DNA of 64,000 bases from Acetobacteraceae bacterium (GCA_031291725.1 JARLIM010000040.1:15071-79070); one strand, 5' to 3'; numbered from the stretch's first letter, positions 45,501-54,180 are shown. Notes: generated by a model not told the origin, from the letters alone. Made by a program: numbers and translations.

Positions 45501-46137
45501 TAACAACAACCTGCTGCTCGGTGGGACGGGTGACACCATCACACTGGGCGTTGGCAGCATCGGCGACAACACAATCTCCGGCACGCTGGGGTCCACCACG
45601 ATCCTCACCGGCGACGGCAATCAGACGATCACGGCGGGCGGCTTCTACAACACCATCACCACAGGTGCGGGCGACAGCACGATCCATGCCGGGGTGGGCT
45701 ATGCAACGGTGAGTGTGGGCGATGGCACCAATGGCATCACAGCCGACGGCAACAACAACACCATCGCCACCGCCGGCGGCAGCGATACGGTGACACTCTC
45801 TGGTTGGAACAATGTCATCAATGCCGGCTCCGGCCTGACGACGGTCACGGGCGGTTACGCAAATGTCTACAACGTTACCGCACTTGGTACAGCGGGCGGT
45901 GTCGATGTGACGGATTTCAATGCCAATTACGGCGATGTGCTCAATCTTACGGGGCTGGAATCCAGCCTTGCCACGGGTTGGACGCTGGCTGGGGTGATCG
46001 ATGCGACGGATCCGACGGCGTTGGATGTGAGCATCACCACAGCAGGCGGTGCGACCTATCAGCTTGCCACGTTGCACGGTGTGGATGCGAACGCCACGTT
46101 GGCCAGCCTGCAAGCGAGCCATAACATTCTGGGCTGA
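39589..46137 (+). CDS. Giant repetitive beta-helix-like secreted/surface protein (2182 aa), AIDA-like strand-loop-strand repeats
   Basis: Dozens of xSGGxxxVxxGGxAxGTxV repeats. Four module-end domains (…ATDVLTVTG…LSGNY.G..F.L…DGS.DV). A Gly/Asn repeat region (GDGNNTITAG), a Ser/Gly linker and a C-terminal VDVTDFNANYGDVLNLTGLE domain. No beta-barrel translocator is seen. Confidence 0.9.
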   Translation: MTSFFVSNGQTETGVTLQPGDEQYVFSGGTATQTNISDQATQFVSSGALATSAVVNSAGSQDIYAGGSAVGTQVNSGGLQAVLAGGSASDMSVNNYGSQTVASGGSVDGVSLNYSATEVLQAGASASNVSAYYASMTVQSGAVLSGLTASWDNSLNISGGQANDIVFSGGYNSLNATSGSVVNNLTVDNYNGVGIGDGVVENGGLINGQGVGWYNIDGVFQGGYEVIYNGAVANGVATENNGLLSVQQGVANNTVDLAGGYDTVDWAGTANATLVSAGGTEIVNNNGLASGTTVLSGGMQTVNAYGTTSGTNIQSGGTELVMSMGTARGTAIGAGGAEILTSGAVASGTQVSAGGVEVVSAGATTSNSVVASGGLEVIAAGGTVSGLDVQAGGTIQLAGLTFGHAASAAFNAATDVLTVTGAGSAPAENVQLSGNYAGDNFQLVQAVDGSVDVVVVANGAAAPTPPSQQIVSGTPAVSGLSVGDGAGIEVISGGVANATQVNAAGTLSVLNGGSVSGTLVAADGLEVIAAGGVASATTLVQAATEIVSAGGTATATQVGTLDSQIVAAGGSAISATVTYGGQQTVSSGGVATGTFVSSGSETVLSGGLASNTTVVSGQVVVSAGGAIDGLTQQNYTNMLDNGSVTSLTLQNWGGTFQVLSGGSVDQGTVNIYDSVWVNGGGHASNIDAGAYGASVGIAAGAAGSALSATNSGSINIYGSTTGNSVLSAGYENVWGGGVAGGTTISSGGVETVFGNGVASAAVIDNGGLQVVSASGVASGTVIEAGGGDLLVSGGQAVGVTISGGVQALQNGAAASGTTILSGGVEVVSAGAATSGTTIGAGGLEMVAAGGTATGLVLQTGGTVQLDGVQFVSGGSLSLNAATDVLTITEGSSVSTLQLAGTVNAANLKLVAAADGSTDIVNLANGGTLPTNNAVVVSNGQVVSGLQVGSAAAVIVLAGGQAIGTVVSGGGELVVSNGGVTSQTNVGLAGAELVSAGGVASGAVIGEGGGQTVSSGGIGSNTTVNSGGTQLLQGGSAAGGDVNSGGTQIVLSGGVASGTYFNSSTEIVSSGGTVNNTSSWAASQNVLSGATISGVAPLAGTIDIASGANVSAFAPGYYQTVNLASGVVVSGYTVQGGEYGGLSISSGVTVDNLTANWGDAVYAQSGATVSGVLVQGGGTVLAETGANVGGGIVTSTGGIFVNNDGAIYGVVDSGGTDIVSAGATTYGTNILSGGFEIVSAGGVASAAQVQSGGQVVVSSGGVAQDAVILSGGLAVLSNGGVASGLDITSGGLSVVNSGGIAQGTLDGIGAVQGGTQIEAGGVQVASSGGIVSGVVINSGGTEVALSGSIVEGVQLLYGGTIELGYIPFNSAATATLDQATNILTVTAGGQAYEVQFAGSFHGETYSLLSAADGATDVMIGSANVVSGNHVSSGGTQTISSGTVGIGITVSSGGVVGVQSGGADSGTKVGDGGTVVVSSGGYVVSTAVSSGGTAVVSNGGSAISSILSSGGEQVVLSGGSASGTQAGSGGLDVISSGGSDVGIKLSGGGTVDIGYLPFVSGGAVSFNSATDTLSITEGAGSATLQLSGIYNGGTFQLSSASDGSTEVTYVAPAGSAAPPPVVPPVVQNIIAGTVINLSGQHNVVTGATVVPLPSGVAGTNLSGPVDGYATISGTADDITITAHGYDNTIIAGGGNDIINAGLDGANVTASNVNGNNVVSGGNGSASITLGNGNNTVNTGGYSNVIALGDGNNTITAGVGLDAVTVGNGTNTIIDTGSGNIVTVGDGTNTVTAGNGSDTVTVGGGTANITAAGYGDSFILDGGATTISGMAGYGQITLASSFGSSGSVDLAGFTGKLVQVAGNWTAEKADGEVFATFTLPTGTVLQSSDDGKGGLLIQLGTASSSGGSGGSGGSGGSGAASATLTETSGEQTIALTGDTTTLHLWGYQNTVTSTTGGFSIDGDDGFSSITLAGDNNNLLLGGTGDTITLGVGSIGDNTISGTLGSTTILTGDGNQTITAGGFYNTITTGAGDSTIHAGVGYATVSVGDGTNGITADGNNNTIATAGGSDTVTLSGWNNVINAGSGLTTVTGGYANVYNVTALGTAGGVDVTDFNANYGDVLNLTGLESSLATGWTLAGVIDATDPTALDVSITTAGGATYQLATLHGVDANATLASLQASHNILG
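45295..45330 (+). repeat. Tandem 9-nt repeat (GGCGGCTCG x3 plus GGCGGGTCC) encoding the (GGS)n linker
   Basis: Read directly from the sequence. The repeat is in frame within the giant CDS. Confidence 0.8.
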
Positions 46138-46172
46138 ATTGCCAGAGTGTAGGGTGAAAAAGCACAGCGCAT

Positions 46173-46205
46173 CCGCCATTGCCCGACCTTCGGTGGCAAT
46201 GGCGG
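46173..46205. terminator. Hairpin between convergent genes (weak terminator candidate)
   Basis: CCGCCATTGCC-N11-GGCAATGGCGG, a perfect 11-bp stem. No clear T-tract on the plus strand. Confidence 0.35.
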
Positions 46206-46372
46206 AGTGTGCGAGTTTACGGCTCCGAGCCCAGGGTGCGGCAATAAATCGTGGATTTTCCCTGTAGATTGCCGGGAACATGGCCCGTCTGACCGTGGTG
46301 CAGAACGACCGCACCATTCGCGCTCTGGTGGCCGGGCGCATCGCATACCGCATCGTCGAGCGCGATGCCGGG

Positions 46373-47152
46373 TCAGGAATTGCCTGCGAGGATTTCCTTC
46401 GTCTCGTCCGGAGCGCAATTCACGCCGAAATATGCCCGTTCCAGACGCGCGGGCAGGTCGCTCTCTTGGGCGGAGGCGGTCATCACGATCCGGCCCTGTG
46501 AGAGCGCATAGAGCCGATCCGCCACCGCCAACGCCTTTTCGATCAACTGCTCCACCAGCAGCACCGCGACGCCCTTGTCGCGCAATCGCGCCAGCACGCT
46601 GAAGACGCGATCGACCAGCACCGGCGACAATCCGGCGGACGGCTCATCGAGCATCAACAGCTTCGGCTGCCGCACCAAACCCTGCGCCACCGCCAGCATC
46701 TGCTGCTGTCCGCCGCTGAGCGCACCGCCCAGGGCGTGACGTTTTTCCGCAATTTCCGGGAAATAGCCCAGCGCCTCTTCCACCCGTGCCGCCCGCTCGC
46801 CACGCGGCAGATGATAGCCCGCCAGCAGCAGATTATCCGTCACCGTGCTTTGGGTGAACACGCGATGGCCCTCGATCACATGCACCAGTCCCAGCATGCC
46901 CGCCTTGCCCGGATCGACACCGCGCAGGCTGGATCCGCCGAAGCCGATCTCACCCGCATCCCACGGCAACAGCCCCGAGATCGCCCGCAACAGCGTGGTC
47001 TTGCCCGCGCCGTTGGGGCCGAGCAGGGTGACGAGTTCACCCGCGCGGATGTCCATCTCCACGCCATGCAGAACGCCAACCTTGCCATAGCCCGCATGCA
47101 GGCCGTGAACGCGCAGCAGGGGGGCTTCAGGCTCCGAGATAGGCACTGACAA
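46373..47152 (-). CDS. Branched-chain amino acid-type ABC transporter ATP-binding protein (LivF-like)
   Basis: GPNGAGKTT, LSGGQQQMLAV and LLMLDEPS. Confidence 0.9.
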   Translation of the reverse strand: MSVPISEPEAPLLRVHGLHAGYGKVGVLHGVEMDIRAGELVTLLGPNGAGKTTLLRAISGLLPWDAGEIGFGGSSLRGVDPGKAGMLGLVHVIEGHRVFTQSTVTDNLLLAGYHLPRGERAARVEEALGYFPEIAEKRHALGGALSGGQQQMLAVAQGLVRQPKLLMLDEPSAGLSPVLVDRVFSVLARLRDKGVAVLLVEQLIEKALAVADRLYALSQGRIVMTASAQESDLPARLERAYFGVNCAPDETKEILAGNS

Positions 47153-48893
47153 CCTCCTTATGCACGCGGATTTCCGCAGGCGTGCCGTGGGCCAGCACGC
47201 GACCCAGATTGAGGACCGTCACCCGGTCGCAGACATCGAAAATCAGATCGGCATGATGCTCCACCAGCAGAACCGCCACGCCCTCCCGGCTGATCGCCTT
47301 GATCAGCGCGCCCAGGCGTTCGATTTCAATGGTGGACAGGCCCGCCGCCGGTTCGTCGAGCAGCACGAGGCGGGGGTGCAGCATCAATCCGCGCGCAATT
47401 TCCAGAAAGCGCAGCTCGCTATGTTGCAGCCGGTCCGCCCGGATATCGCCCAAGCCATCGAGACCCACCGCCTTGAGTGCCAGCACTGCGCGCTCTCGGA
47501 TCAGCCGCTCATCGGCACGCGCACGCGGCAGTGACAGCAGGGCCTCCACAAACGTCGCCCGCCCGGCCAGCGTGCCGCCGACCATGACGTTCTCCAGCAC
47601 CGTCTCCTCGCCGATGATCCGTGGCGTCTGGAAGGTGCGGCAAATGCCACGCGCCGCCCGCCCCACCGGAAGGCCGGCCGGAAGCGGGCTGTCGCCCAAT
47701 GTCAGCCTGCCTTCCTGCGGCTTGTAATAGCCGGAAATCACGTTCAGCGTTGTCGTCTTGCCGCTGCCATTCGGCCCGATCAGCCCGTGCACCTCGCCCG
47801 GCTCGACCGACAAATCCAGCCCATCGATGGCGCGCAGCCCGCCGAAGCGCAGCACGATGCCGGACAGATCCAAACGCTGCTTCCTGCGCGCCTCCCCGAG
47901 CAAGGACCGCAACGCCGCCTGTTGCGGCAGGATCACCCGGCCAGTTGGCAACGCCTTACGGTTCTCGCGGTTGAGCAACGCCGCGATGCCACCCGGCATC
48001 GCCAGCACAATCACCAGCAACAGCCCGGCATAGACAAAGGTGGACCATGCGGCCAGCGGTGCGGCGATTTCCGGCAACAGCGTCAGAATGATCGTGCCGA
48101 GCAACGGCCCCAGGATCGATCCGCGTCCACCGATCAGGATGGAGATGAAGAACAGCAGCGACAAATCGAAGGTGAACGCATCCGGCGTGATGTAGGTCTG
48201 CAACGCGGCAAACAACCCGCCCGCCAGCCCGGCGGCGGCGCCGGCGAACAGAAACACGCTCACCAGCAAGGCCGGTTTTGAAATCCCGCTCGCCTCGGCC
48301 GCCACTTCCGCATCGCGCGTGGCGATCAGCGCGCGACCGAAGCGGCTATGGGCAACATTGGCCGTGATGAGGGTGGCAATCATCGCCAGCCCCACGCACA
48401 GCCCATACAACCCCCAGGCGGTGTCGAACGGTGCGGGCAGGCTCGGCCCGCTCAGCCCGATGCCACCGCCGGTGACGTCCTGCCAGCCAAGTGCCACTTG
48501 CGTGACGATGGTGGCAAAGCCGAGCGTGGTCATCGCGAAATAGAAGGTGCGCAACCGCAAGGCGGGCAGTCCCACCACCACGCCGAACACCGCCCCCACA
48601 CCGGAGGCCGCCAGCAAGGCCAGGGCGGGCGAGACCTCCGGCAGCACATTGCCCGCCGCCAGGATCGAGGCCGTGTAGGCGCCGAGCGCGAACAGCGCCA
48701 CATAGCCGATCGCCAACTGCCCGGCATAGCCCACCACCAGATTGAGGCCCGCGATCAACACCCAATAGATCGCCGCCCGCGTGCCGATCAGCGCCCGATA
48801 CTCATTGCCCGACAACGGCAACAGCGCGAGCACCGCCAGGATCAGCACATAAGGCAGTGCGGTCATCCATTTGGAGCGTGTCATCGTCATCAC
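47127..48893 (-). CDS. Fused LivM-like permease / LivG-like ATPase
   Basis: N-terminal multi-TM permease. C-terminal GPNGSGKTT ... LVLLDEPAAGL. Confidence 0.85.
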   Translation of the reverse strand: MMTMTRSKWMTALPYVLILAVLALLPLSGNEYRALIGTRAAIYWVLIAGLNLVVGYAGQLAIGYVALFALGAYTASILAAGNVLPEVSPALALLAASGVGAVFGVVVGLPALRLRTFYFAMTTLGFATIVTQVALGWQDVTGGGIGLSGPSLPAPFDTAWGLYGLCVGLAMIATLITANVAHSRFGRALIATRDAEVAAEASGISKPALLVSVFLFAGAAAGLAGGLFAALQTYITPDAFTFDLSLLFFISILIGGRGSILGPLLGTIILTLLPEIAAPLAAWSTFVYAGLLLVIVLAMPGGIAALLNRENRKALPTGRVILPQQAALRSLLGEARRKQRLDLSGIVLRFGGLRAIDGLDLSVEPGEVHGLIGPNGSGKTTTLNVISGYYKPQEGRLTLGDSPLPAGLPVGRAARGICRTFQTPRIIGEETVLENVMVGGTLAGRATFVEALLSLPRARADERLIRERAVLALKAVGLDGLGDIRADRLQHSELRFLEIARGLMLHPRLVLLDEPAAGLSTIEIERLGALIKAISREGVAVLLVEHHADLIFDVCDRVTVLNLGRVLAHGTPAEIRVHKEVVSAYLGA

Positions 48894-49747
48894 ACCCTCC
48901 GGGCGGCGCTGGAGCCGAACAGGCCCTGAGGTGCGGCGAGCAGAATGGCAATGAACATCACGAACACCGCCACGGACGCAAAGATGCCGCCCACGGCGAA
49001 ATTCGCCGCCTGCTGGAACAACCCCAGCGCCAGCCCGCCGATCACCGCCCCCCGATTATTGCCCAAGCCGCCCAGGGCGACCGGGATGAAGCCGTAGAAA
49101 TTCAACTGCGGTCCGTTGGCAAAAAAGGCGAGCAGCAATTCACCGCCCGAAAATCCCGCCAGCCCCCCCACCACCGCCGCCAGCGCGTAGCTGGCAATGC
49201 GCAGATTGCGCTCCGGCAATCCCAACGCACGGGCGGCGAAATTATCTTCCGCCACCGCCAGAAACGCCCGGCCGATCAGCGTGCGGCGATAGAGATATTC
49301 CAGGCCGATGATCGTTGCCGCACAGGTGGCCACCGGCAGCCAGTATTTTTCATCCCAAACGCCGTCGCCGATGCCGAACAAACGCGGGAAGGGCTGCGGC
49401 TCCGTGCTCCACTCAATCGCCGTCACCTGTTGAATCAGCAACGCGAAGGCGAGGGTGGAGAGCACATAGAGATGCTGATCCAGGCTTTTCAGCACCGGCC
49501 TTACCGCCACGAACTCGGTCAGCACGCCGATGGCGGCACAGGCGAGCAACGTCGCCCCCAGCCCCACAATCAGCGGCAGACCGAGCCGGAGGATGAACAT
49601 CGATCCGAGCACCCCACCCAACATGCCCAACTGGCCTGCGGTGAAGCTCATCACCCGCGAGGTGGCGAACATCGTGTTGTAGGTGATGCCGATGAGCGCG
49701 TACACCGCGCCCACCGCCAACCCCGAGGCGAGGATCGAATACAGCAT
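48890..49747 (-). CDS. LivH-like ABC permease
   Basis: 285 aa, multi-TM, with a typical LivH N-terminus (ILASGLAVGAVYALIGITYN). Confidence 0.9.
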   Translation of the reverse strand: MLYSILASGLAVGAVYALIGITYNTMFATSRVMSFTAGQLGMLGGVLGSMFILRLGLPLIVGLGATLLACAAIGVLTEFVAVRPVLKSLDQHLYVLSTLAFALLIQQVTAIEWSTEPQPFPRLFGIGDGVWDEKYWLPVATCAATIIGLEYLYRRTLIGRAFLAVAEDNFAARALGLPERNLRIASYALAAVVGGLAGFSGGELLLAFFANGPQLNFYGFIPVALGGLGNNRGAVIGGLALGLFQQAANFAVGGIFASVAVFVMFIAILLAAPQGLFGSSAARRV

Positions 49748-49768
49748 GAAGTCAGCGCCCCTGTGTGA

Positions 49769-50953
49769 TCAATAGCCGGGCGCGAGGGTGAACGAGCCGT
49801 CCTTGGCCGAGTTCGCCGCAGACATCACCACCTCATCCGTCGGGTAGCCGTTGTGCTGATCGGCGGAGAAGGTGTAGTCGCCAAACACGCCCGGATATGG
49901 CTTGAGGCTGTTCCAATAGCCGATAATCGCCTCGCTGGACGTCGAGCCGGTGGCGTCCACCGCCTTGGCCACCAGATTGACCGCGTCATACCCACCGGCC
50001 ACCCACCAGAGCAGCGTGTCCGACAGATCGACCTTGCCCTTGAGGCGCTCGACGAATTCCGCGCTGCGCGGCGGCAATTTGCCATTGGCGTCGAACGAGC
50101 AGCTTTTATAGCCGATGGCGTAGACATTCGCCCAATTTTCCTTGGCCGTCACCAGGCTGGCGATTTCACCCGAAGACAGGGAGGGATGGCCGACAAATGG
50201 CACATTCCATCCCATCGTGCCGCGCGTGTTGAGCAGGCGGGCGATCATGCCGGTGGAGACACTCCACAGAATAATCGCCTCCGCCCCAGCGTTGCGGGCA
50301 CGCAGCATATCCGGTGTCATGTCCGGCTGGGTGGCGTCGATATTGGCGACATAGACAACGTCAGCGCCGTCTTTCTGGAACGCCGCTGCCGAGGCTTTGG
50401 CGGCGGTGACGCCATAGCCCGTGGTGTCGCCGATCACCGCCACCTTCTTCACCTTGATCACCTTGAGCGCATAATTGCGCACCGCGTCGTCCCATTGGCC
50501 GTTGGCTGGGGCGATGCGGAAGGCGTTGGGGTATTTCTTGGTGTCGATCAGGCTATCGACCACGCAGGGATGAATATTCGGCGTTTTGCTGCGCGCCATC
50601 ACCGCCGTGGTGGCCAGCGATTCGCCGGAATTCGTCGGCCCCCAGATCGCATCGACCTTCAACTGGCTGATCAGTTCCTGTGTGGCGTTCACCGCCTTGG
50701 TCGGGTCGCCCTGGGTGTCGCGCGTGATGATCTCGATCTTGCGCCCCTTCACGCCGCCCGCCGCGTTGATCGCGTCGGCTGCGAACATCACGCCGCGATT
50801 GAAGCCGATCGCCGGAGCCGAGCTGGCCCCGGTCAGCGAGGCAAGCCAGCCGATGCGGATCGGCTCATTGGCCGCCAAGGCCGGCCGGCCAAGGGCGAGT
50901 GCAGACGTGGCGGCGGCGGTTCCAAGTGCCAGAGTGCGGCGCGTGATCAGCAT
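49769..50953 (-). CDS. LivK-type periplasmic substrate-binding protein
   Basis: Tat/Sec-like signal RRTLALGTAAATSALALG followed by a type I periplasmic binding fold pattern (IRIGWLASLTG...). Confidence 0.85.
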   Translation of the reverse strand: MLITRRTLALGTAAATSALALGRPALAANEPIRIGWLASLTGASSAPAIGFNRGVMFAADAINAAGGVKGRKIEIITRDTQGDPTKAVNATQELISQLKVDAIWGPTNSGESLATTAVMARSKTPNIHPCVVDSLIDTKKYPNAFRIAPANGQWDDAVRNYALKVIKVKKVAVIGDTTGYGVTAAKASAAAFQKDGADVVYVANIDATQPDMTPDMLRARNAGAEAIILWSVSTGMIARLLNTRGTMGWNVPFVGHPSLSSGEIASLVTAKENWANVYAIGYKSCSFDANGKLPPRSAEFVERLKGKVDLSDTLLWWVAGGYDAVNLVAKAVDATGSTSSEAIIGYWNSLKPYPGVFGDYTFSADQHNGYPTDEVVMSAANSAKDGSFTLAPGY

Positions 50954-51016
50954 GGTGTTCGTCTCCCGGTATTGTTGTGTTCGCTTGCCCCATCTTGTGC
51001 AGGGCTGATTGCGTTA

Positions 51017-52099
51017 TCATCGTGTCAGATACTGAACCCGGCTCTGGTCGAAGGTAAAGCCCCAGCCTGGGCGTTCCGGCACAATCGCGTCGCCGTTCTC
51101 AAACTCCAGCGCCTCGTTATAGAGCTGGGAGAACCACGGCATGTATTCGAGGAAGCTTGAGTTCGACAGCCCGCCAAGCACCTGGATCGACGTTTCAGGG
51201 AACAGGTGGCTGGAGACCGGCACATCATGGCTCTCCGCCATATGGCCCACCCGCACAAACTCGCTCACCCCGCCCACGCGCTGCAAATCGGGCATCAAAA
51301 TATCGGCCGAGCGCAGTTCGAGCATGCGGCGGAAGCCATAGCGCGTATACTCGGTCTCGCCGCTGGCAATCGGCGTATCCAGCGCCTCAGCCACCCGCGC
51401 CAGACCTTCCACGTCGTAAGCCGGCAGGGGTTCTTCGTACCAGGTCAGGTTGAACTCCTCCAGCATGCGGCCGAATCGGATCGCCTGTGGCTCCGTCAGT
51501 CCCTGATTGGAATCGGCCATCAGCTTGATGTCCGGCCCGATCGCCGCCCGCACCGCGCGCACGCGGGCAATGTCGATCGACGGATCCGAATGACCGAAGC
51601 GCATCTTCATCGCCCGCCATCCCTGCGCCTTGAAGCTCAACGCCTCGTCCACCAGCGCCTCCAGGCTGCGGTCCAGCCACAATCCGCCGCTGTGATAGGC
51701 GGGCACGCGGTTTTTCGCCCCGCCGAGCAGGCGATAGATCGGCAGATTGCTGGCCTTGCCCAGCGCGTCCCACAACGCGCCATCGATGGCCGAGATGCCC
51801 ATCACCGGCACGCCTTTATGGCCGAGGAAATTGATGTCCTTCCACGCCCGCGCCCAGAAACCCGCGATATGTCCGGCATCCTGGCCCACCGCCACATCGG
51901 CCAGATCCTCCACCATCTGCCGCAACACCTTCGTGCGGCGGTCATTGAGGGTGAAGACCAGGTTTTCGCCGGTGATGCCCGCATCGGTGTGCAACGTCAC
52001 CAGCACGATGCCAAAACAGGTGAACTGGCCCAACGCGCTGCCAATCGGCGGCTCCAGCGGCAGGCGCAGCGCCTGGGTTTCTATCCGGGTGACTTTCAT
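51017..52099 (-). CDS. Enolase-superfamily enzyme (mandelate racemase / muconate lactonizing family)
   Basis: MKVTRIETQALRLPL..., KMRFGH, LMADSNQG, WYEEP and ASGE. Internal ATG of the 703-aa ORF. Confidence 0.85.
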   Translation of the reverse strand: MKVTRIETQALRLPLEPPIGSALGQFTCFGIVLVTLHTDAGITGENLVFTLNDRRTKVLRQMVEDLADVAVGQDAGHIAGFWARAWKDINFLGHKGVPVMGISAIDGALWDALGKASNLPIYRLLGGAKNRVPAYHSGGLWLDRSLEALVDEALSFKAQGWRAMKMRFGHSDPSIDIARVRAVRAAIGPDIKLMADSNQGLTEPQAIRFGRMLEEFNLTWYEEPLPAYDVEGLARVAEALDTPIASGETEYTRYGFRRMLELRSADILMPDLQRVGGVSEFVRVGHMAESHDVPVSSHLFPETSIQVLGGLSNSSFLEYMPWFSQLYNEALEFENGDAIVPERPGWGFTFDQSRVQYLTR

Positions 52100-53211
52100 C
52101 GTGCGGTCTCCGTGCGCGTTGTTGGCCCCTTGGCATAGCGGGCGAGAAGGACGGGGTCCGGGTCGCAGCCCAATCCGGGGCCGTTCGGCACGGCCAGCTT
52201 GCCGTTCTGCGGGCGCACCCACGGATCGAACGGATTGGCCTCCATCTCCACCCACAACACCTCGATCAACGGTTGTTCGATCAGCGCTGCGGCCACGTGC
52301 AGTGTGGCGAGAAAGCCGGGGCCGAAATACGGGCTGTGCGGCGCCACGGCCACGGCATTGGCCTGGCAGAGATGGATGATCCGCACCATTTCGCTGATGC
52401 CGCCCAGCTTGGTCACGCTCGGCTGCGCGATATCGATCGCCCCCGCCTCGATCAGCGTCTTGAACCCGAACAGCCCGGCCACATTCTCCCCCGCCGACAA
52501 CGGAATGCCGTAGCGGCGCAAGCTGGCAAGGCCGTGCACATCCTCGGGCGGCCAGACCGGCTCTTCCAGCCATGCCAGCCCGTCCATCTCCATCGATTCC
52601 GCCATCTCCTGCGCTTTCGGCGGCAACCAGGCGCAGTTGACGTCCAGCATCACCTTGGCATCGCCCGCCACGTCCATCGCCGTCAGCACATCGGCGCGGC
52701 TCGTCTGATGCAGTTTGATCGCCCGATAGCCCGCCGCCACCGCATCGGCTGTGTTCCTGGCCACCAAGGCGGGGGTGGTGTAGTTCAACAGGCTGGCATA
52801 GGCGTCGAGCAATCCCGGCGTGCTGCCGCCCAACAGCCGCCAGATCGGCTGGCCGGTGCGTTTGCCCAGCAAATCCCACAGCGCGATCTCGATGCCCGCA
52901 TAGCCATACACAAACGACCCGTTGCGCCCGAGCAGATGCGTGGAATGCAGGATCGCCCGGTTGATCGCGTTGATATCGCCCGCATCGCGCCCGATCATCA
53001 AAGGCGCGATGATGCTGTCGATCGCCGCCTTGGTGGTGGCAATCGCCGCATGGCCGAACGCCTCGCCCCATCCCACCAACCCGTCCTCGGTCTCCACGCG
53101 AACCAGCAGGATCTCCATCCGGTCCCATAATTGCCCGGCAAAGGATTGATACGGCCCGCCCATGGTGAAGGGCAGGGCGACGACCGAGGTTTCGATGGCA
53201 GTGATCTTCAT
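52096..53211 (-). CDS. Enolase-superfamily enzyme paralogue
   Basis: MKITAIETSVVALPF..., IKLHQ, VMLDVNCAW, WLEEP and SAGE. ATGA overlap with the downstream paralogue. Confidence 0.85.
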   Translation of the reverse strand: MKITAIETSVVALPFTMGGPYQSFAGQLWDRMEILLVRVETEDGLVGWGEAFGHAAIATTKAAIDSIIAPLMIGRDAGDINAINRAILHSTHLLGRNGSFVYGYAGIEIALWDLLGKRTGQPIWRLLGGSTPGLLDAYASLLNYTTPALVARNTADAVAAGYRAIKLHQTSRADVLTAMDVAGDAKVMLDVNCAWLPPKAQEMAESMEMDGLAWLEEPVWPPEDVHGLASLRRYGIPLSAGENVAGLFGFKTLIEAGAIDIAQPSVTKLGGISEMVRIIHLCQANAVAVAPHSPYFGPGFLATLHVAAALIEQPLIEVLWVEMEANPFDPWVRPQNGKLAVPNGPGLGCDPDPVLLARYAKGPTTRTETAR

Positions 53212-53280
53212 GCGCCGAGGCTAGGAGGCGTGAAACTTAAGGGATATCCCAGGTGGCTTAATTCGACATAAGCTGCCCTG

Positions 53281-54180
53281 ATGTTGCTCTCTCTGCGTCA
53301 GTTGGAAATCATCCACGCCGTCTGCCGTCACGGCTCCGTCACAGCGGCGGCGGCGGCGCTGGAGGTCTCGCAGCCCGCCATCAGCATGGTGCTGCGCGAC
53401 TGCACCCGTCTGACCGGCTTTCCCCTTTTCCGCCGTCAGCAGGGCCGTCTGCAACCAACGCCCGAAATGCAGGTGTTGCTGCCCGATCTGACGCGGATGT
53501 TCGAAGGGGCGGAGCGCATCGACCGTCTGTTGGGGGATATCCGCGAGACCAGCGTGGGGGCGGTGCATCTGGCCGTCACCCCGGCCTTGGCCGATTCCCT
53601 GTTGCCCCGCGCCGTCGCCACCTTCCAACGCGCCCGCCCCCGCATCGCGCTCACGTTGCGCACGATGGACAATCTCGGTGTCGTCGAAGCCGTCACCCAA
53701 TTGCGCGTCGATTTCGGGCTGGTGCTGACACCGTTGGGTGAGCCGGAGACGAAATTGGTGCCGCTGTGCACCGGGGCCTTGGTCTGCGTCGTGCCGCCCG
53801 GCCATCCGCTGGCGGGGCGGGTGAGTGTGTCCCCGGCGGATCTGGCGCCTTATCCGCTGATTTCCTTCAGCCGCAATTTGCCGCTGGGCCATCTGGTTGA
53901 AACCGCTTTCCGCCGTGCGGGCGTGCCGCGACGCATCGGACTTGAGGTCAATCAATCCTCCGTCGCCTGCGCTTTGGTGCGGGAGGGGGCAGGCGTTGCG
54001 GTGATCGATCCGTTTCTGCTGAACAGTTCGCTGGATCGTGGTGTGATTGCCCTGCCGCTCACCCCGTTGACCAACGTGACGGCGCAGGCGCTGATCTCCC
54101 GCGAGGCCAAGCTTTCACGGGCCGCCTTGTTGCTGCTCGCCACCATTCGCCAGACGGCGCGGGCGATGCAGGGGCGCTGA
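53281..54180 (+). CDS. LysR-family transcriptional regulator
   Basis: N-terminal LRQLEIIHAVCRHGSVTAAAAALEVSQPAISMVLRD. Divergent from the enolase operon. Confidence 0.9.
   Translation: MLLSLRQLEIIHAVCRHGSVTAAAAALEVSQPAISMVLRDCTRLTGFPLFRRQQGRLQPTPEMQVLLPDLTRMFEGAERIDRLLGDIRETSVGAVHLAVTPALADSLLPRAVATFQRARPRIALTLRTMDNLGVVEAVTQLRVDFGLVLTPLGEPETKLVPLCTGALVCVVPPGHPLAGRVSVSPADLAPYPLISFSRNLPLGHLVETAFRRAGVPRRIGLEVNQSSVACALVREGAGVAVIDPFLLNSSLDRGVIALPLTPLTNVTAQALISREAKLSRAALLLLATIRQTARAMQGR

Noticed and set aside
39589-46137. Giant protein as an RTX toxin or classical autotransporter
   Set aside because: No GGxGxD nonapeptide series and no C-terminal beta-barrel translocator were seen. The Gly/Asn repeats have a different register.
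51017-53128. 703-aa ORF spanning both enolase-superfamily genes
   Set aside because: The N-terminal 340 aa are an out-of-frame read-through of the upstream paralogue (Arg/Gly-rich). The real gene starts at MKVTRIET (52099), with an ATGA overlap to the gene at 52096..53211.
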